From Candidatus Saccharimonadales bacterium (GTDB taxonomy: Bacteria; Patescibacteriota; Saccharimonadia; Saccharimonadales; JACQNP01): DNA of 56,737 nt. The translations under genes were made by a program, and so were the position numbers. This document shows positions 22,116-31,363 of this stretch, piece by piece; position 1 is the stretch's first letter; the number at the start of each line of letters is the position of its first letter. A model generated the notes under the pieces. The model ran no database searches. It was given only the letters and a program-made list of their open reading frames with translations, and was not told the DNA's origin. The stretch spans positions 1-56,737 of the forward strand of contig JBGSIS010000003.1 of NCBI GenBank assembly GCA_041742395.1, in the 5' to 3' direction.

Positions 22116-22259
22116 ATGGGAAAACCCAAGAAACGAACAACGCCTAGAAGAACTGGTGCAAGAAGAAGTCATCTAATAGTGAAGTTGGCTCGTGCAGTTA
22201 ATGCTAAATCACCGGTTAAAGCGTATACAACCAGACGTGAATCTGGCAAAAAAGCCTGA
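22116..22259 (+). CDS. rpmF: 50S ribosomal protein L32, 47 aa (not in ORF track)
   Basis: MGKPKKRTTPRRTGARRSHL...; AAGGAG upstream; precedes nusB. Confidence 0.88.
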   Translation: MGKPKKRTTPRRTGARRSHLIVKLARAVNAKSPVKAYTTRRESGKKA

Positions 22260-22311
22260 TAAAATTTGCTTATTAACGTATACTAAGTAGTAAGCATAGG
22301 GGATTAACAAT

Positions 22312-22779
22312 ATGGCATCAAACCGTCATCTCGGTCGTATCATCGCACTACAAACTCTGTATGAACAGGACTTTAGATTAGATTGTAATGATATTGATTT
22401 GGATCTTGATGAAGTACTTTCACGTAACGTAAAACGTTATAAAGAAATGGTTGATGATAGAAAATTCATTGAAGACATTGTTAACGGGGTTGTACTAAAA
22501 CAAGAAGAGTTAGACACAGTCTTACAGCCAATTGCACCAGAGTGGCCAATCGCTAACATTGCTAGAATGGATAGAATTGTCCTGAGAATGGGAACATATG
22601 AGTTAATTTTCAGACAAGATGTTCCACCTAAGGTGGTTATTAATGAAGCCGTAGAGCTTGCAAAAGCTTTTGGCGGTGAAAATTCAAGTAAGTTTATCAA
22701 TGGTGTACTTGGAACAGTTTTAAGACAGCAAGAAGGCACAGATAAGCCAAAAGAATCCAATACTAAGAAAGAGACCTAA
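22312..22779 (+). CDS. nusB: Transcription antitermination factor NusB
   Basis: ALQTLY, VPPKVVINEAVELAKAFG..SSKFINGVL. Confidence 0.96.
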   Translation: MASNRHLGRIIALQTLYEQDFRLDCNDIDLDLDEVLSRNVKRYKEMVDDRKFIEDIVNGVVLKQEELDTVLQPIAPEWPIANIARMDRIVLRMGTYELIFRQDVPPKVVINEAVELAKAFGGENSSKFINGVLGTVLRQQEGTDKPKESNTKKET

Positions 22780-22781
22780 TA

Positions 22782-23279
22782 ATGAAAAGACCTAAACCAA
22801 TTCAGGGTTTTAAGAAATTTGTGAATAAGCGCAAGCCAGCTATAAGCGAGGTTGTTCGTGAACCAACCGCTGGGGGTGTTATTTTTAGACGCAATGACAA
22901 AAATAAATTAGAAATATTATTAATTCAGGATGCAAAGAATAGATGGACTATACCAAAAGGCCACATTGAAGAAGGTGAAACTGCCAGAGAGACCGCAGAA
23001 CGAGAAATTCAAGAAGAGACTGGGCTGCAAGAGATGAAAGTGCTTGGCTGGCTAGGCAAGATTAACTTTCGATATCGCAGGGTTTCTAGTTTGGTTCTTA
23101 TGACAACTGATATATTTTTAGTTCAAGCACTCGGAGATACTGATAAGCTTAAGCCCGAAGAATGGATGAATGGAATAAAATGGTTTTCTACATCAGATGC
23201 GTTAGATAAAATAGAATATGAAGATATCGGAAAAATAATTCTGATTGGAATGAAAAAAATTAGAGATGCAGGACTATAG
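22782..23279 (+). CDS. NUDIX hydrolase
   Basis: PKGHIEEGETARETAEREIQEETGL. Confidence 0.93.
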   Translation: MKRPKPIQGFKKFVNKRKPAISEVVREPTAGGVIFRRNDKNKLEILLIQDAKNRWTIPKGHIEEGETARETAEREIQEETGLQEMKVLGWLGKINFRYRRVSSLVLMTTDIFLVQALGDTDKLKPEEWMNGIKWFSTSDALDKIEYEDIGKIILIGMKKIRDAGL

Positions 23280-23961
23280 TAATTATAAAAATTTCACCAA
23301 AGATAAGTTAAAAATTGATTTTAATGACGTTCAATTATTAGTTACTGCTTTTACACACAGATCTTATGTAAATGAGCATAAAAAAACCGTAAAAGAGCAT
23401 AATGAAAGGTTAGAGTTCCTAGGTGACGCAGTACTAGAATTAGTTGTTACCGAGTATTTGTATGATAATTATTCTGAACCAGAAGGTGTTTTAACTAATT
23501 GGAGAAGCTCTTTAGTAAGGACAGAAAGCATCGGAGCGGCTGCAGAAAGGCTGGAGTTTGAGCCATTACTGAGACTTAGTCGTGGTGAAAAACGAGGTAC
23601 ACCTAGAGCAAGAGCGCAAATACTTGCCAATTCGTTTGAGGCAGTTATAGGAGCGGTCTACTTGGACCAAGGATATGAAGTTGCAAAGAGATTCATTAGC
23701 GATACCCTATTGGTAACCTTTGCTGAAATATTAGAAACTGGCTCTTGGCAAGATCCTAAATCAAGCTTACAAGAAGCAGTTCAAAGTAAAGTAGGGTTTA
23801 CTCCTCAATACAAAGTTTTAGCTGAGGTAGGCCCAGACCATGAGAAGACATTTACTGTCGGAGTGTTTGTCGATGGGAAGTTAAAAGGTCAGGGCCAAGG
23901 GCCGAGCAAGCAAGCTGCACAAGTGTCTGCCGCCGCCGCCGCCCTTGAACAATATAAGTAA
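23266..23961 (+). CDS. rnc: Ribonuclease III
   Basis: NERLEFLGDAVL, FEAVIGAVYLD, C-terminal dsRBD. Confidence 0.97.
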   Translation: MQDYSNYKNFTKDKLKIDFNDVQLLVTAFTHRSYVNEHKKTVKEHNERLEFLGDAVLELVVTEYLYDNYSEPEGVLTNWRSSLVRTESIGAAAERLEFEPLLRLSRGEKRGTPRARAQILANSFEAVIGAVYLDQGYEVAKRFISDTLLVTFAEILETGSWQDPKSSLQEAVQSKVGFTPQYKVLAEVGPDHEKTFTVGVFVDGKLKGQGQGPSKQAAQVSAAAAALEQYK

Positions 23962-23990
23962 TTGACATTTTTAACGAACAACAGTAAAAT
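23962..23990 (+). promoter_or_regulatory. sigma70-type promoter for rpsP
   Basis: TTGACA-17 nt-TAAAAT. Confidence 0.75.
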
Positions 23991-24027
23991 ATGTCAGTTA
24001 TATTAAGTAAAGAAGGGAATTCATAGG

Positions 24028-24474
24028 ATGTTAGTTATCCGTATGCAGCGAACTGGTCGAAAAGGCCATGCTCAATTCCGCGTTGTAGTCCAAGACTCAC
24101 GCCGGACCCCTAGTAGTGGACGCGTAGTAGCGAATCTAGGTAGTTATGATCCACATACAAAACAAACAACTCTTAACAAAGAAAAAGCTGAATATTATCT
24201 AAGTAATGGCGCTCAGCCATCGGAGAGAGTAATTAGATTGCTTAAGTCTGAGAAAATCAAGCTTCCTGAATGGGTTAAAGATCCTGCAGATAGAAAAAGA
24301 GGAGTAAGAAACCCAGAAAAATTAAGACGTAATCAGGCAACTGAAGAATCTGTAAAAGAAGAAACACCAGAAGCTATTGAAGAACCAGTAGTTGAAGAAA
24401 CAAAGGAAGTCGTAGAAGACAAAGAGACTCCACAAGAAAGTGAAACAAAAGAGGACGAAGAAAAGTCAGAATAG
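24028..24474 (+). CDS. rpsP: 30S ribosomal protein S16 with acidic C-terminal extension
   Basis: MLVIRMQRTGRK..FRVVVQDSR..LGSYDP..GAQPSE. Confidence 0.96.
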   Translation: MLVIRMQRTGRKGHAQFRVVVQDSRRTPSSGRVVANLGSYDPHTKQTTLNKEKAEYYLSNGAQPSERVIRLLKSEKIKLPEWVKDPADRKRGVRNPEKLRRNQATEESVKEETPEAIEEPVVEETKEVVEDKETPQESETKEDEEKSE

Positions 24475-24495
24475 TCACTCTTGAAGTTGTAATTT

Positions 24496-24526
24496 AATAC
24501 TGCACAACTATGTGCAGTATTTTTTT
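24496..24526 (+). terminator. Intrinsic terminator after rpsP
   Basis: AATACTGCACA-ACTA-TGTGCAGTATT + T run. Confidence 0.75.
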
Positions 24527-24568
24527 GTTATAATAAGTTCTGTAAACAGTAAAAAGGGAGTTTCAGTA

Positions 24569-24949
24569 ATGAGCAGTACTATCGACCAACAGTTTGTTGA
24601 GTTTATCGTAAAATCACTTGTCAGTAATCCAGACGGAGTAAGTGTAAGTAGGAGCGTAGATGAAAAGGGTGTTTTATTAGAACTGACAGTAGATCAAGAG
24701 GATTTAGGTAGAGTAATTGGTAAGCGTGGTGCTACTGCGCAAAGCCTAAGAACGCTACTTAGAGCTTTAGGTACTAAAAACGACGCAAGATATAATCTTA
24801 AGATTGTAGACGTCGGCGACGGTTCTTATAGTCGACCAGAAAAAACAGACCATAGTGAATCTGTTGTAGAAGAATCCACAGAAGTCGAAAATGATGTTGT
24901 TAGCAAAACTAGAAAAGAACTTGACGACTTAGACGACTTAGATATATAG
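24569..24949 (+). CDS. khpA: KH-domain RNA-binding protein KhpA
   Basis: DLGRVIGKRG; start reassigned to ATG 24569 after AAGGGAG. Confidence 0.9.
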   Translation: MSSTIDQQFVEFIVKSLVSNPDGVSVSRSVDEKGVLLELTVDQEDLGRVIGKRGATAQSLRTLLRALGTKNDARYNLKIVDVGDGSYSRPEKTDHSESVVEESTEVENDVVSKTRKELDDLDDLDI

Positions 24950-25044
24950 TAATTGTTATGCTAATCGGCTGAGTCCTTAGCAGCGTAAAGACAAACAAGC
25001 TCTTGCGAGCCATTTGCTGATAAAGTAAATGGGAGCTTTATGTG

Positions 25045-25080
25045 AATAAAACAACCCCAACTATAGGGGTTGTTTTATTT
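25045..25080 (+). terminator. Intrinsic terminator
   Basis: AATAAAACAACCCC-AACTATA-GGGGTTGTTTTATT. Confidence 0.8.
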
Positions 25081-25097
25081 GTGATATAATATATTGA

Positions 25098-25742
25098 ATG
25101 AAAATACAAATAATAAGTTTATTTCCTGAAATGTTTGACGGAGTGTTTAATAGTAGCATGCTTTTAAAAGCTCAAAAGATTAATGCGGTTAAGTACCAGG
25201 TTATTAACTTACGTGATTATGGAATTGGACCAAGAAAACAAGTTGACGATATTCCTTACGGAGGTGGTGATGGCATGGTATTAAAGCCAGAACCGATCAT
25301 CAAAGCCATTGCTGCCGCCCGTAAAAATTCTCCCAATTCGATAGTAATTCTCCCAACTCCTAGAGGAGAACTATTCAAGCAGTCGATTGCAAATAAAATA
25401 GCGTTGGATAACAAAGACTTGATAATTGTGTGTCCAAGATACGAAGGTTACGACGAAAGAATTATTGATTTTGTTGATATGCAAGTATGTATTGGTAACT
25501 ATGTTTTAACTGGCGGAGAAATTCCAGCAATGGTTATTACCGATAGCGTAACTAGACTGCTGCCTGGTGTTTTAGGTGGTGAGACTAGTGTAGAAAAAGA
25601 ATCTTTTCAGGGTGACGATAGTACTATAGAACATCCTCATTACACCAGACCGGAAGAATATTTAGGAATGAAAGTTCCAGAAGTATTACTTAGTGGTCAT
25701 CACGCAGAGATAAATAAGTGGCGCGAGGATACAAGTAGCTGA
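25098..25742 (+). CDS. trmD: tRNA (guanine37-N1)-methyltransferase
   Basis: LFPEMF, VDDIPYGGG.GMV, RYEG.DER, YVLTGGE, PHYTRP, LLSGHH. Confidence 0.97.
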   Translation: MKIQIISLFPEMFDGVFNSSMLLKAQKINAVKYQVINLRDYGIGPRKQVDDIPYGGGDGMVLKPEPIIKAIAAARKNSPNSIVILPTPRGELFKQSIANKIALDNKDLIIVCPRYEGYDERIIDFVDMQVCIGNYVLTGGEIPAMVITDSVTRLLPGVLGGETSVEKESFQGDDSTIEHPHYTRPEEYLGMKVPEVLLSGHHAEINKWREDTSS

Positions 25743-25793
25743 TCCTGCAATTTAAAAATAGACAAATAGTAATAAAACTTATATAATATTAAG

Positions 25794-26657
25794 ATGAATG
25801 ATTTTGAAAAAGGCGGTGAAGTAATACTTTTTCCAGGCGCTGCCGAAGCTCAAGTTTCGGCACGCTATAGCAATGAATACGCATCTGACATGGCTCCATA
25901 CTTAGTGCAGTTTTTAACTAAACATGGATTAAGCCCAATACTTTGTAGTGTAGTTAAAACGCATATTGAAGATCTGAGTCTAATAGTAAATAACGACTCG
26001 TATGAAACAGATTCAACTAAGCGGCTAATTCATAACAACACTTCTAGATTAACACTAGAGAAAGTAGAAACTTTAGAAGATCCTACAGAATCCGAATGGA
26101 GAAGAGTACTTATTGTCGACAGGTCAGATTACGATGATCGAATAAAAATTATCGAAGATCAATTTAAAACATTTCCATACAATAGACACTATTTTAATAA
26201 TGATGAACTTGAAGCTTGTGTATATGATTGGATTTTAGGGGAAGAAGCTATTACTGTCGTAGCTAATTCCGTACATATGTTTAGGACATTCGGTAAATAT
26301 ATACCAGACTTTAATGGTCAGAATCCTCACAGTAAATCCGAATTAACAATTAATGCAGATTATATAATTGGTAGTCAAGTAAATTTAGATGAAACGAATG
26401 ATTTATTTGATATAACTTGTGACTATTTAAATTTAAAACGCGGATTTGGACTAATTGTGCTTCATGATAGCTTGCTTGCTCGTGGAGTTCTTAACTCTTC
26501 ACGTGTTGCTGACGGAATTTTAGCCAAAATTAGGTCAGTGGATAAGTCTGCTTTTAGATTCGAGGAAATTGGCAAAAGATTAAAATCGATTCGACTGAAT
26601 CAAGTTATGCTACGGAAAATATCTGAGTATGCATTATCTCTAAGATATGATGAATGA
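25794..26657 (+). CDS. Hypothetical protein
   Basis: 287-aa ORF with upstream TATAAT; no recognisable motif. Confidence 0.6.
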   Translation: MNDFEKGGEVILFPGAAEAQVSARYSNEYASDMAPYLVQFLTKHGLSPILCSVVKTHIEDLSLIVNNDSYETDSTKRLIHNNTSRLTLEKVETLEDPTESEWRRVLIVDRSDYDDRIKIIEDQFKTFPYNRHYFNNDELEACVYDWILGEEAITVVANSVHMFRTFGKYIPDFNGQNPHSKSELTINADYIIGSQVNLDETNDLFDITCDYLNLKRGFGLIVLHDSLLARGVLNSSRVADGILAKIRSVDKSAFRFEEIGKRLKSIRLNQVMLRKISEYALSLRYDE

Positions 26658-26725
26658 TACGCAGGAAGAAAATAGCTAATAACTAAAATCTCGGCTATAC
26701 TTTTACTTATAAAATAGGAGAGATT

Positions 26726-27106
26726 ATGTTTAAAATAAAGCAAGTATATGCTCACTGCGATTTACCATGTGGTATTTACGATCCCGCACAGGCAAGAATT
26801 GAGGCTGAATCGGTTAAGGCTATAATGGATAAATACACGTCCGATCTTCATGAAGAGGATAAAATTAGAGCTATTCTTATAAAAGAACAAAGATGCGAGT
26901 TAGTAAAAAATCATTTATGGGTTTTATGGACAGACTATTTCAAGCCAGAACACTTAGAAAAATATCCTGAACTTCATGATAAATTCTGGAAAGCAACAAA
27001 ACAGGCAGGACAGTGTAAGAAAACTACTGATTCTACTGAAGCTCAAAAACTATTAGATATGATTGAAGAAATCTCAACGATTTTTTGGGAAACAAAAAAA
27101 GCATAA
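26726..27106 (+). CDS. sodN: Nickel superoxide dismutase precursor
   Basis: Ni-hook HCDLPCGIYDP after a 9-aa leader; LWTDYFKP. Confidence 0.96.
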   Translation: MFKIKQVYAHCDLPCGIYDPAQARIEAESVKAIMDKYTSDLHEEDKIRAILIKEQRCELVKNHLWVLWTDYFKPEHLEKYPELHDKFWKATKQAGQCKKTTDSTEAQKLLDMIEEISTIFWETKKA

Positions 27107-27108
27107 TT

Positions 27109-27390
27109 ATGTGGCCGCTAGTTATTAGAAGGGTTAGCGGTAATAGTATGGAGCCTAATCTCAAAAAGGGCCGTTTAGTTTGGGGACTCAAGTGGTTCAA
27201 TACCTTAAAAGTAGGTAATGTTGTAATTTTTGAACATCAAAGCCGAGAAAAAATAAAAAGACTCAATAAAATAAAAGCAGATAAGCTTTACTTGCTAGGT
27301 GACAACAAGACCAGCTCAACCGATAGTCGTGACTTTGGCTATATAGACATAACTGCAGTAAAAGCAAAAGTTATATGGCCAAGAACTTAA
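27109..27390 (+). CDS. sodX: Ni-SOD maturation protease (S26 family)
   Basis: VSGNSMEP, IKR, GDN..STDSRDFG; directly after sodN; start reassigned to ATG 27109. Confidence 0.85.
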   Translation: MWPLVIRRVSGNSMEPNLKKGRLVWGLKWFNTLKVGNVVIFEHQSREKIKRLNKIKADKLYLLGDNKTSSTDSRDFGYIDITAVKAKVIWPRT

Positions 27391-27391
27391 T

Positions 27392-28573
27392 CTAATCAGG
27401 AGCACATCTTGGGCAGGAGTTCTCTTCATTGTCCTCTATACTCCATAATTGAGCAGCAACCTGCCAGGGCAAGTAGTCATTGTAGGCCATAAAATCTGCC
27501 GCACGTCTCAATAGGTAGCCTAAATATCCATAAATTCTAATTCTTCCCCAAAGTACTGCTGCATATTTTGGTCCAGCCGGAACTACATATATTGGTTTTT
27601 TGGCCCTGTATGCTTCGGGCTGCTCATTAGCTACAAGGCGCTTTAGGTTTTTTGCTATATATTTACCATCATATAGGGCAGTTTGAGCCATGCCGCTATA
27701 AGGAGTATCAGCATTATCGCCGATTACATAAACTCCGGGTTCAGCTTGTAAGAACTGATCCACTCTTACCTTACTATTCTGGGCAAGTTGGAAATCATTT
27801 TCGTTAAAAAATGGATGATTCGTTACACCAGCGGTCCATATTACTGTATGGCTTCTTATGGGTTTTTTGTTAACAGTTAATTCCGTAGCAGTTTGTCCTT
27901 GTACTGAGGATTTTAAATATACTCTAACCCCTATTTTTCTTAAGTGTTTCTTAACAGATCTAGAGACGTCTTTAGGCATTTTAGGTAACAAACGAGGAGA
28001 TGCTTCGATTAAATCAATATGAATATTTCGTGATCGAACAGCGTGGTTATCAGTTATTTGTTTTATATAAGTCGGAAGAGCTCCAGCAAGTTCTATACCT
28101 GTCGGACCGCCTCCAATTACAACATAGTTACTATCTAAGTGATTCTCTTCGATTAACTGTCTATGAAGGTGATCTTTAAGTTTTTCGGCGTCTTCGATAG
28201 ACTTTATACCATAGGAATATTTTTCTAATCCTTCTATATTAAAATAGTTCGTTTTAACACCAAGAGATAAAACAAGAGCATCGTATTTTACCGATTTTCC
28301 ATTAGTTGTTTCAACTAGCCGTTTATCCTTATTTATAGAAATTACAGAATCATGAACTAAATTAATCTTTTTCCCTGCGAAAATATTTTTTAGCGATACT
28401 TCAGATATATTTCTTTTGCCACCAGTTGCAGTTCTATACAACGCAGGGTAATACTTGAAATTTAAATTATCGCTTATTAGGGTCACGTCGAATCTTTTAT
28501 CATCAACTAAATCCAGAGCTGTTTTAACTCCGCCGAAACCACCACCAATAATTGTTACTTTATATTTAATCAC
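27392..28573 (-). CDS. ndh: Type II NADH:quinone oxidoreductase family flavoprotein
   Basis: IIGGGFGG, VIGGGPTGIELAG, IWTAGV, YVIGD..AQTA. Confidence 0.85.
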   Translation of the reverse strand: MIKYKVTIIGGGFGGVKTALDLVDDKRFDVTLISDNLNFKYYPALYRTATGGKRNISEVSLKNIFAGKKINLVHDSVISINKDKRLVETTNGKSVKYDALVLSLGVKTNYFNIEGLEKYSYGIKSIEDAEKLKDHLHRQLIEENHLDSNYVVIGGGPTGIELAGALPTYIKQITDNHAVRSRNIHIDLIEASPRLLPKMPKDVSRSVKKHLRKIGVRVYLKSSVQGQTATELTVNKKPIRSHTVIWTAGVTNHPFFNENDFQLAQNSKVRVDQFLQAEPGVYVIGDNADTPYSGMAQTALYDGKYIAKNLKRLVANEQPEAYRAKKPIYVVPAGPKYAAVLWGRIRIYGYLGYLLRRAADFMAYNDYLPWQVAAQLWSIEDNEENSCPRCAPD

Positions 28574-28673
28574 TTCAAAATTTTATAAACATTAAACTTT
28601 TATACTTATGTTAATCTTAACATGCAGAGAAGTGCTTGAAAAGTAAGGTTGATTCGTCGTAAGCTTAATCAGT

Positions 28674-30317
28674 ATGGAAAAATTTATTGATAAACTTAAA
28701 AACTCTGGATTTCAAGGTGAAATTCTCACCGACCAAGAATCTAAGGATTTTTATAGTCACGATGCCAGTATGTTTGAGCTAATGCCAGAAATTATTGTCA
28801 GGCCAATTAATAGCGATGATGTAAAAAAAGTAGTTGAAGTCGTAAGTGAATCTAAAGATAAGTCAATAACTATGAGGTCTGGTGGAACTTGTATGAGTGG
28901 TGGATCTATAAGTGAATCTATAGTAATGGATATGGCCTCTAACTTTAATAAAATATTTAGCGTTAATTCAACCGAAGCTGTAACTCAACCAGGCGTTTAT
29001 TATCGGGACTTTGAAAAAGAAACACTTAAAAACGATGCTTTGATGCCTAGTTTTCCTGCTAGTAGAGATTTATGTACTGTTGGGGGTATGGTCGCCAATA
29101 ACTCTGGAGGGGAGAAATCTTTAGAGCACGGTAAAACAGAAAGATTTGTAAAAAAGTTAAAAGCAGTTTTTGCCGACGGTAACGAATACGAAGTAGTTCC
29201 TTTAAACAAACAAGAACTAGACGATAAGATTAAGCAAAATGACTACGAAGGTAACATTTATAAACAGATTTTTAATCTTATCGAAGATAACTACGACTTA
29301 ATAAAAGAAGCAAAACCAAAAGTAAGTAAAGATTCTACAGGTTATCATCTATGGAATGTTTGGGATAGAGAGACTCAAATATTTGATCTTAATCAGCTTC
29401 TAGTTGGTTCGCAAGGAACTCTAGCTCTTATAACTGAGATCACCTTTAAACTTGTTCCCGCACCTAAGCATTCTGGAACTTTAGTTATTTTTCTTAGAAA
29501 AATTGATGAACTCGGAGAAATAATAAATAGAGTATTAGAGCAAAAACCTGCCACTTTTGAAGGATTTGATAACTACACTTTAATGCTTAGTTTTAAATTA
29601 TTTTTCTATTTTCATAAAACTTTAGGTTGGTGGGGAATGATTAAGCTGGCAGTACAATTAATTCCTGATGCATTTATGCTATTTAGGGGTATCCCAAAAA
29701 TGGTACTTCTTGTTGAATTTAATGGTGATACTCCAGACGAGGTTGCTAAAAAAGTTCATAATATGCGTCAGTCTTTAGGGAAATATGCTAAATATGCTTT
29801 GTTTGAAGAAGATGAGACTGAGGCAAAAGCTAAAAAGTTTTGGATTATGCGAAGGGAAAGTTTCAATTTACTTAGACAAAAGGTGAAAGATAAACATACA
29901 GCACCCTATATAGACGACTTAGTAGTTCCTCCTGAGCATTTACCAAAATTTCTACCGGAGCTAAGACGGATTCTATCAAAATATAAATTACTGGCTACTA
30001 TTGCAGGACATATGGGTGATGGTAACTTTCATGTAATACCATTGATGAAGATTGAAGATCCACAGGAAGTTGCTAAAATTGAGCCTTCAATGAAAGAAGT
30101 AAATGAACTGGTTCTTAGCTATGGAGGAAGTTTGAGTGGTGAACATAATGACGGAATGAGTAGGGGTCCATGGTTAAGACAGATGTATTCAGAAGAAGTG
30201 TTTAAAATATTCAAAGAAACAAAGCTAATTTTTGATCAAGACAACATTTTTAACCCAAAGAAAAAGACAGACGCTGACTGGGACTACAGTATGTCCCATC
30301 TTAGGGATCACTTCTAG
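28674..30317 (+). CDS. FAD-linked oxidase/dehydrogenase (D-lactate dehydrogenase/GlcD-like)
   Basis: RSGGT..SG, GGMVANNSGG, VGSQGTL, GHMGDGNFH, SGEHNDG, D..NIFNP. Confidence 0.88.
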   Translation: MEKFIDKLKNSGFQGEILTDQESKDFYSHDASMFELMPEIIVRPINSDDVKKVVEVVSESKDKSITMRSGGTCMSGGSISESIVMDMASNFNKIFSVNSTEAVTQPGVYYRDFEKETLKNDALMPSFPASRDLCTVGGMVANNSGGEKSLEHGKTERFVKKLKAVFADGNEYEVVPLNKQELDDKIKQNDYEGNIYKQIFNLIEDNYDLIKEAKPKVSKDSTGYHLWNVWDRETQIFDLNQLLVGSQGTLALITEITFKLVPAPKHSGTLVIFLRKIDELGEIINRVLEQKPATFEGFDNYTLMLSFKLFFYFHKTLGWWGMIKLAVQLIPDAFMLFRGIPKMVLLVEFNGDTPDEVAKKVHNMRQSLGKYAKYALFEEDETEAKAKKFWIMRRESFNLLRQKVKDKHTAPYIDDLVVPPEHLPKFLPELRRILSKYKLLATIAGHMGDGNFHVIPLMKIEDPQEVAKIEPSMKEVNELVLSYGGSLSGEHNDGMSRGPWLRQMYSEEVFKIFKETKLIFDQDNIFNPKKKTDADWDYSMSHLRDHF

Positions 30318-31240
30318 ATATTATCTAATAATTTGTTGTACTGCTGCACGCTATAGTCGTATTTATTTTTAATACTAGTACATTCATTAAATTGTGCTTG
30401 AATTTGACGAACCATATAAATATCGTCGATTTCATATTTCTGTTCTTTCTCTTTCAATTCACTAATGCAGTTTCGGTATTCCTGTTCTAAGCTGTTTATT
30501 GTATTTTTTTGAACAATAGCTTCTTCAGGAAGACCTTTGGGCTTTTGAGCATACAAAAAAGCAACAAGAACAAAACTTGCGCATAAGCAAGCAAACACTA
30601 AGATGTATTTAGTCATATTTTTTTGTTGTCTGATATGTTCATTAATAATAAAACTCTCATTTTTCTCTTTTGAGCGTCCTGTATGCTTAAATTCCAGGTA
30701 CGGTCTGTTACTTTTTAATGTGTGTTCTATAATTATGTCGGTATCAAATTGGTTTCGTTTGATATAGTCATTGAATCTTCTAGAGAATTCTTTTTTACTA
30801 ATGCTCTTCAAGATTTCTAGTCTTTTATTTTTGTTTGTAAAAATATTACTAATTATTTTGTCAGACTGAAAAGAGTTAATAACTAACAGTCCTAATCCGA
30901 AATCTATTAATGCTCTCTCAACATTTTCTTCAATCACACTTACTTTTTTTCTGATCAGGTAATATTCCATACATTGTTTAGTAATTAGGGCGACATTTAT
31001 GAACACTGATTCATCAGGACGAGTAAATATTATGAATATGTTCTTAGATTTAAGATCACTATTAAAATAATTATTAGAATACGTTACATCAACGGGTTTA
31101 ATGCCTAGCCATACAAAAATCATTTTGGCAATAATTTCAGTACCTTGAATTGTATGATCAAATCCATATATATTTGAATCAGGCAGAAATAATCCGTCTC
31201 GATTATGGAAATCTGTTAATAGTTGACTATATTTACTCAT
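30314..31240 (-). CDS. Hypothetical membrane protein with C-terminal coiled coil
   Basis: 308-aa ORF with TM near the C-terminal third. Confidence 0.6.
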   Translation of the reverse strand: MSKYSQLLTDFHNRDGLFLPDSNIYGFDHTIQGTEIIAKMIFVWLGIKPVDVTYSNNYFNSDLKSKNIFIIFTRPDESVFINVALITKQCMEYYLIRKKVSVIEENVERALIDFGLGLLVINSFQSDKIISNIFTNKNKRLEILKSISKKEFSRRFNDYIKRNQFDTDIIIEHTLKSNRPYLEFKHTGRSKEKNESFIINEHIRQQKNMTKYILVFACLCASFVLVAFLYAQKPKGLPEEAIVQKNTINSLEQEYRNCISELKEKEQKYEIDDIYMVRQIQAQFNECTSIKNKYDYSVQQYNKLLDNI

Positions 31241-31363
31241 ATTAATTAAAGGTATATTACTATACTACTTAAGAACATTGGTTATACACAATAAAATTAT
31301 AAAATAACTTGCTATTGCTTATTAGAAATTATAAAATTCAGTAAAGTAAACGAGTATATAAAT

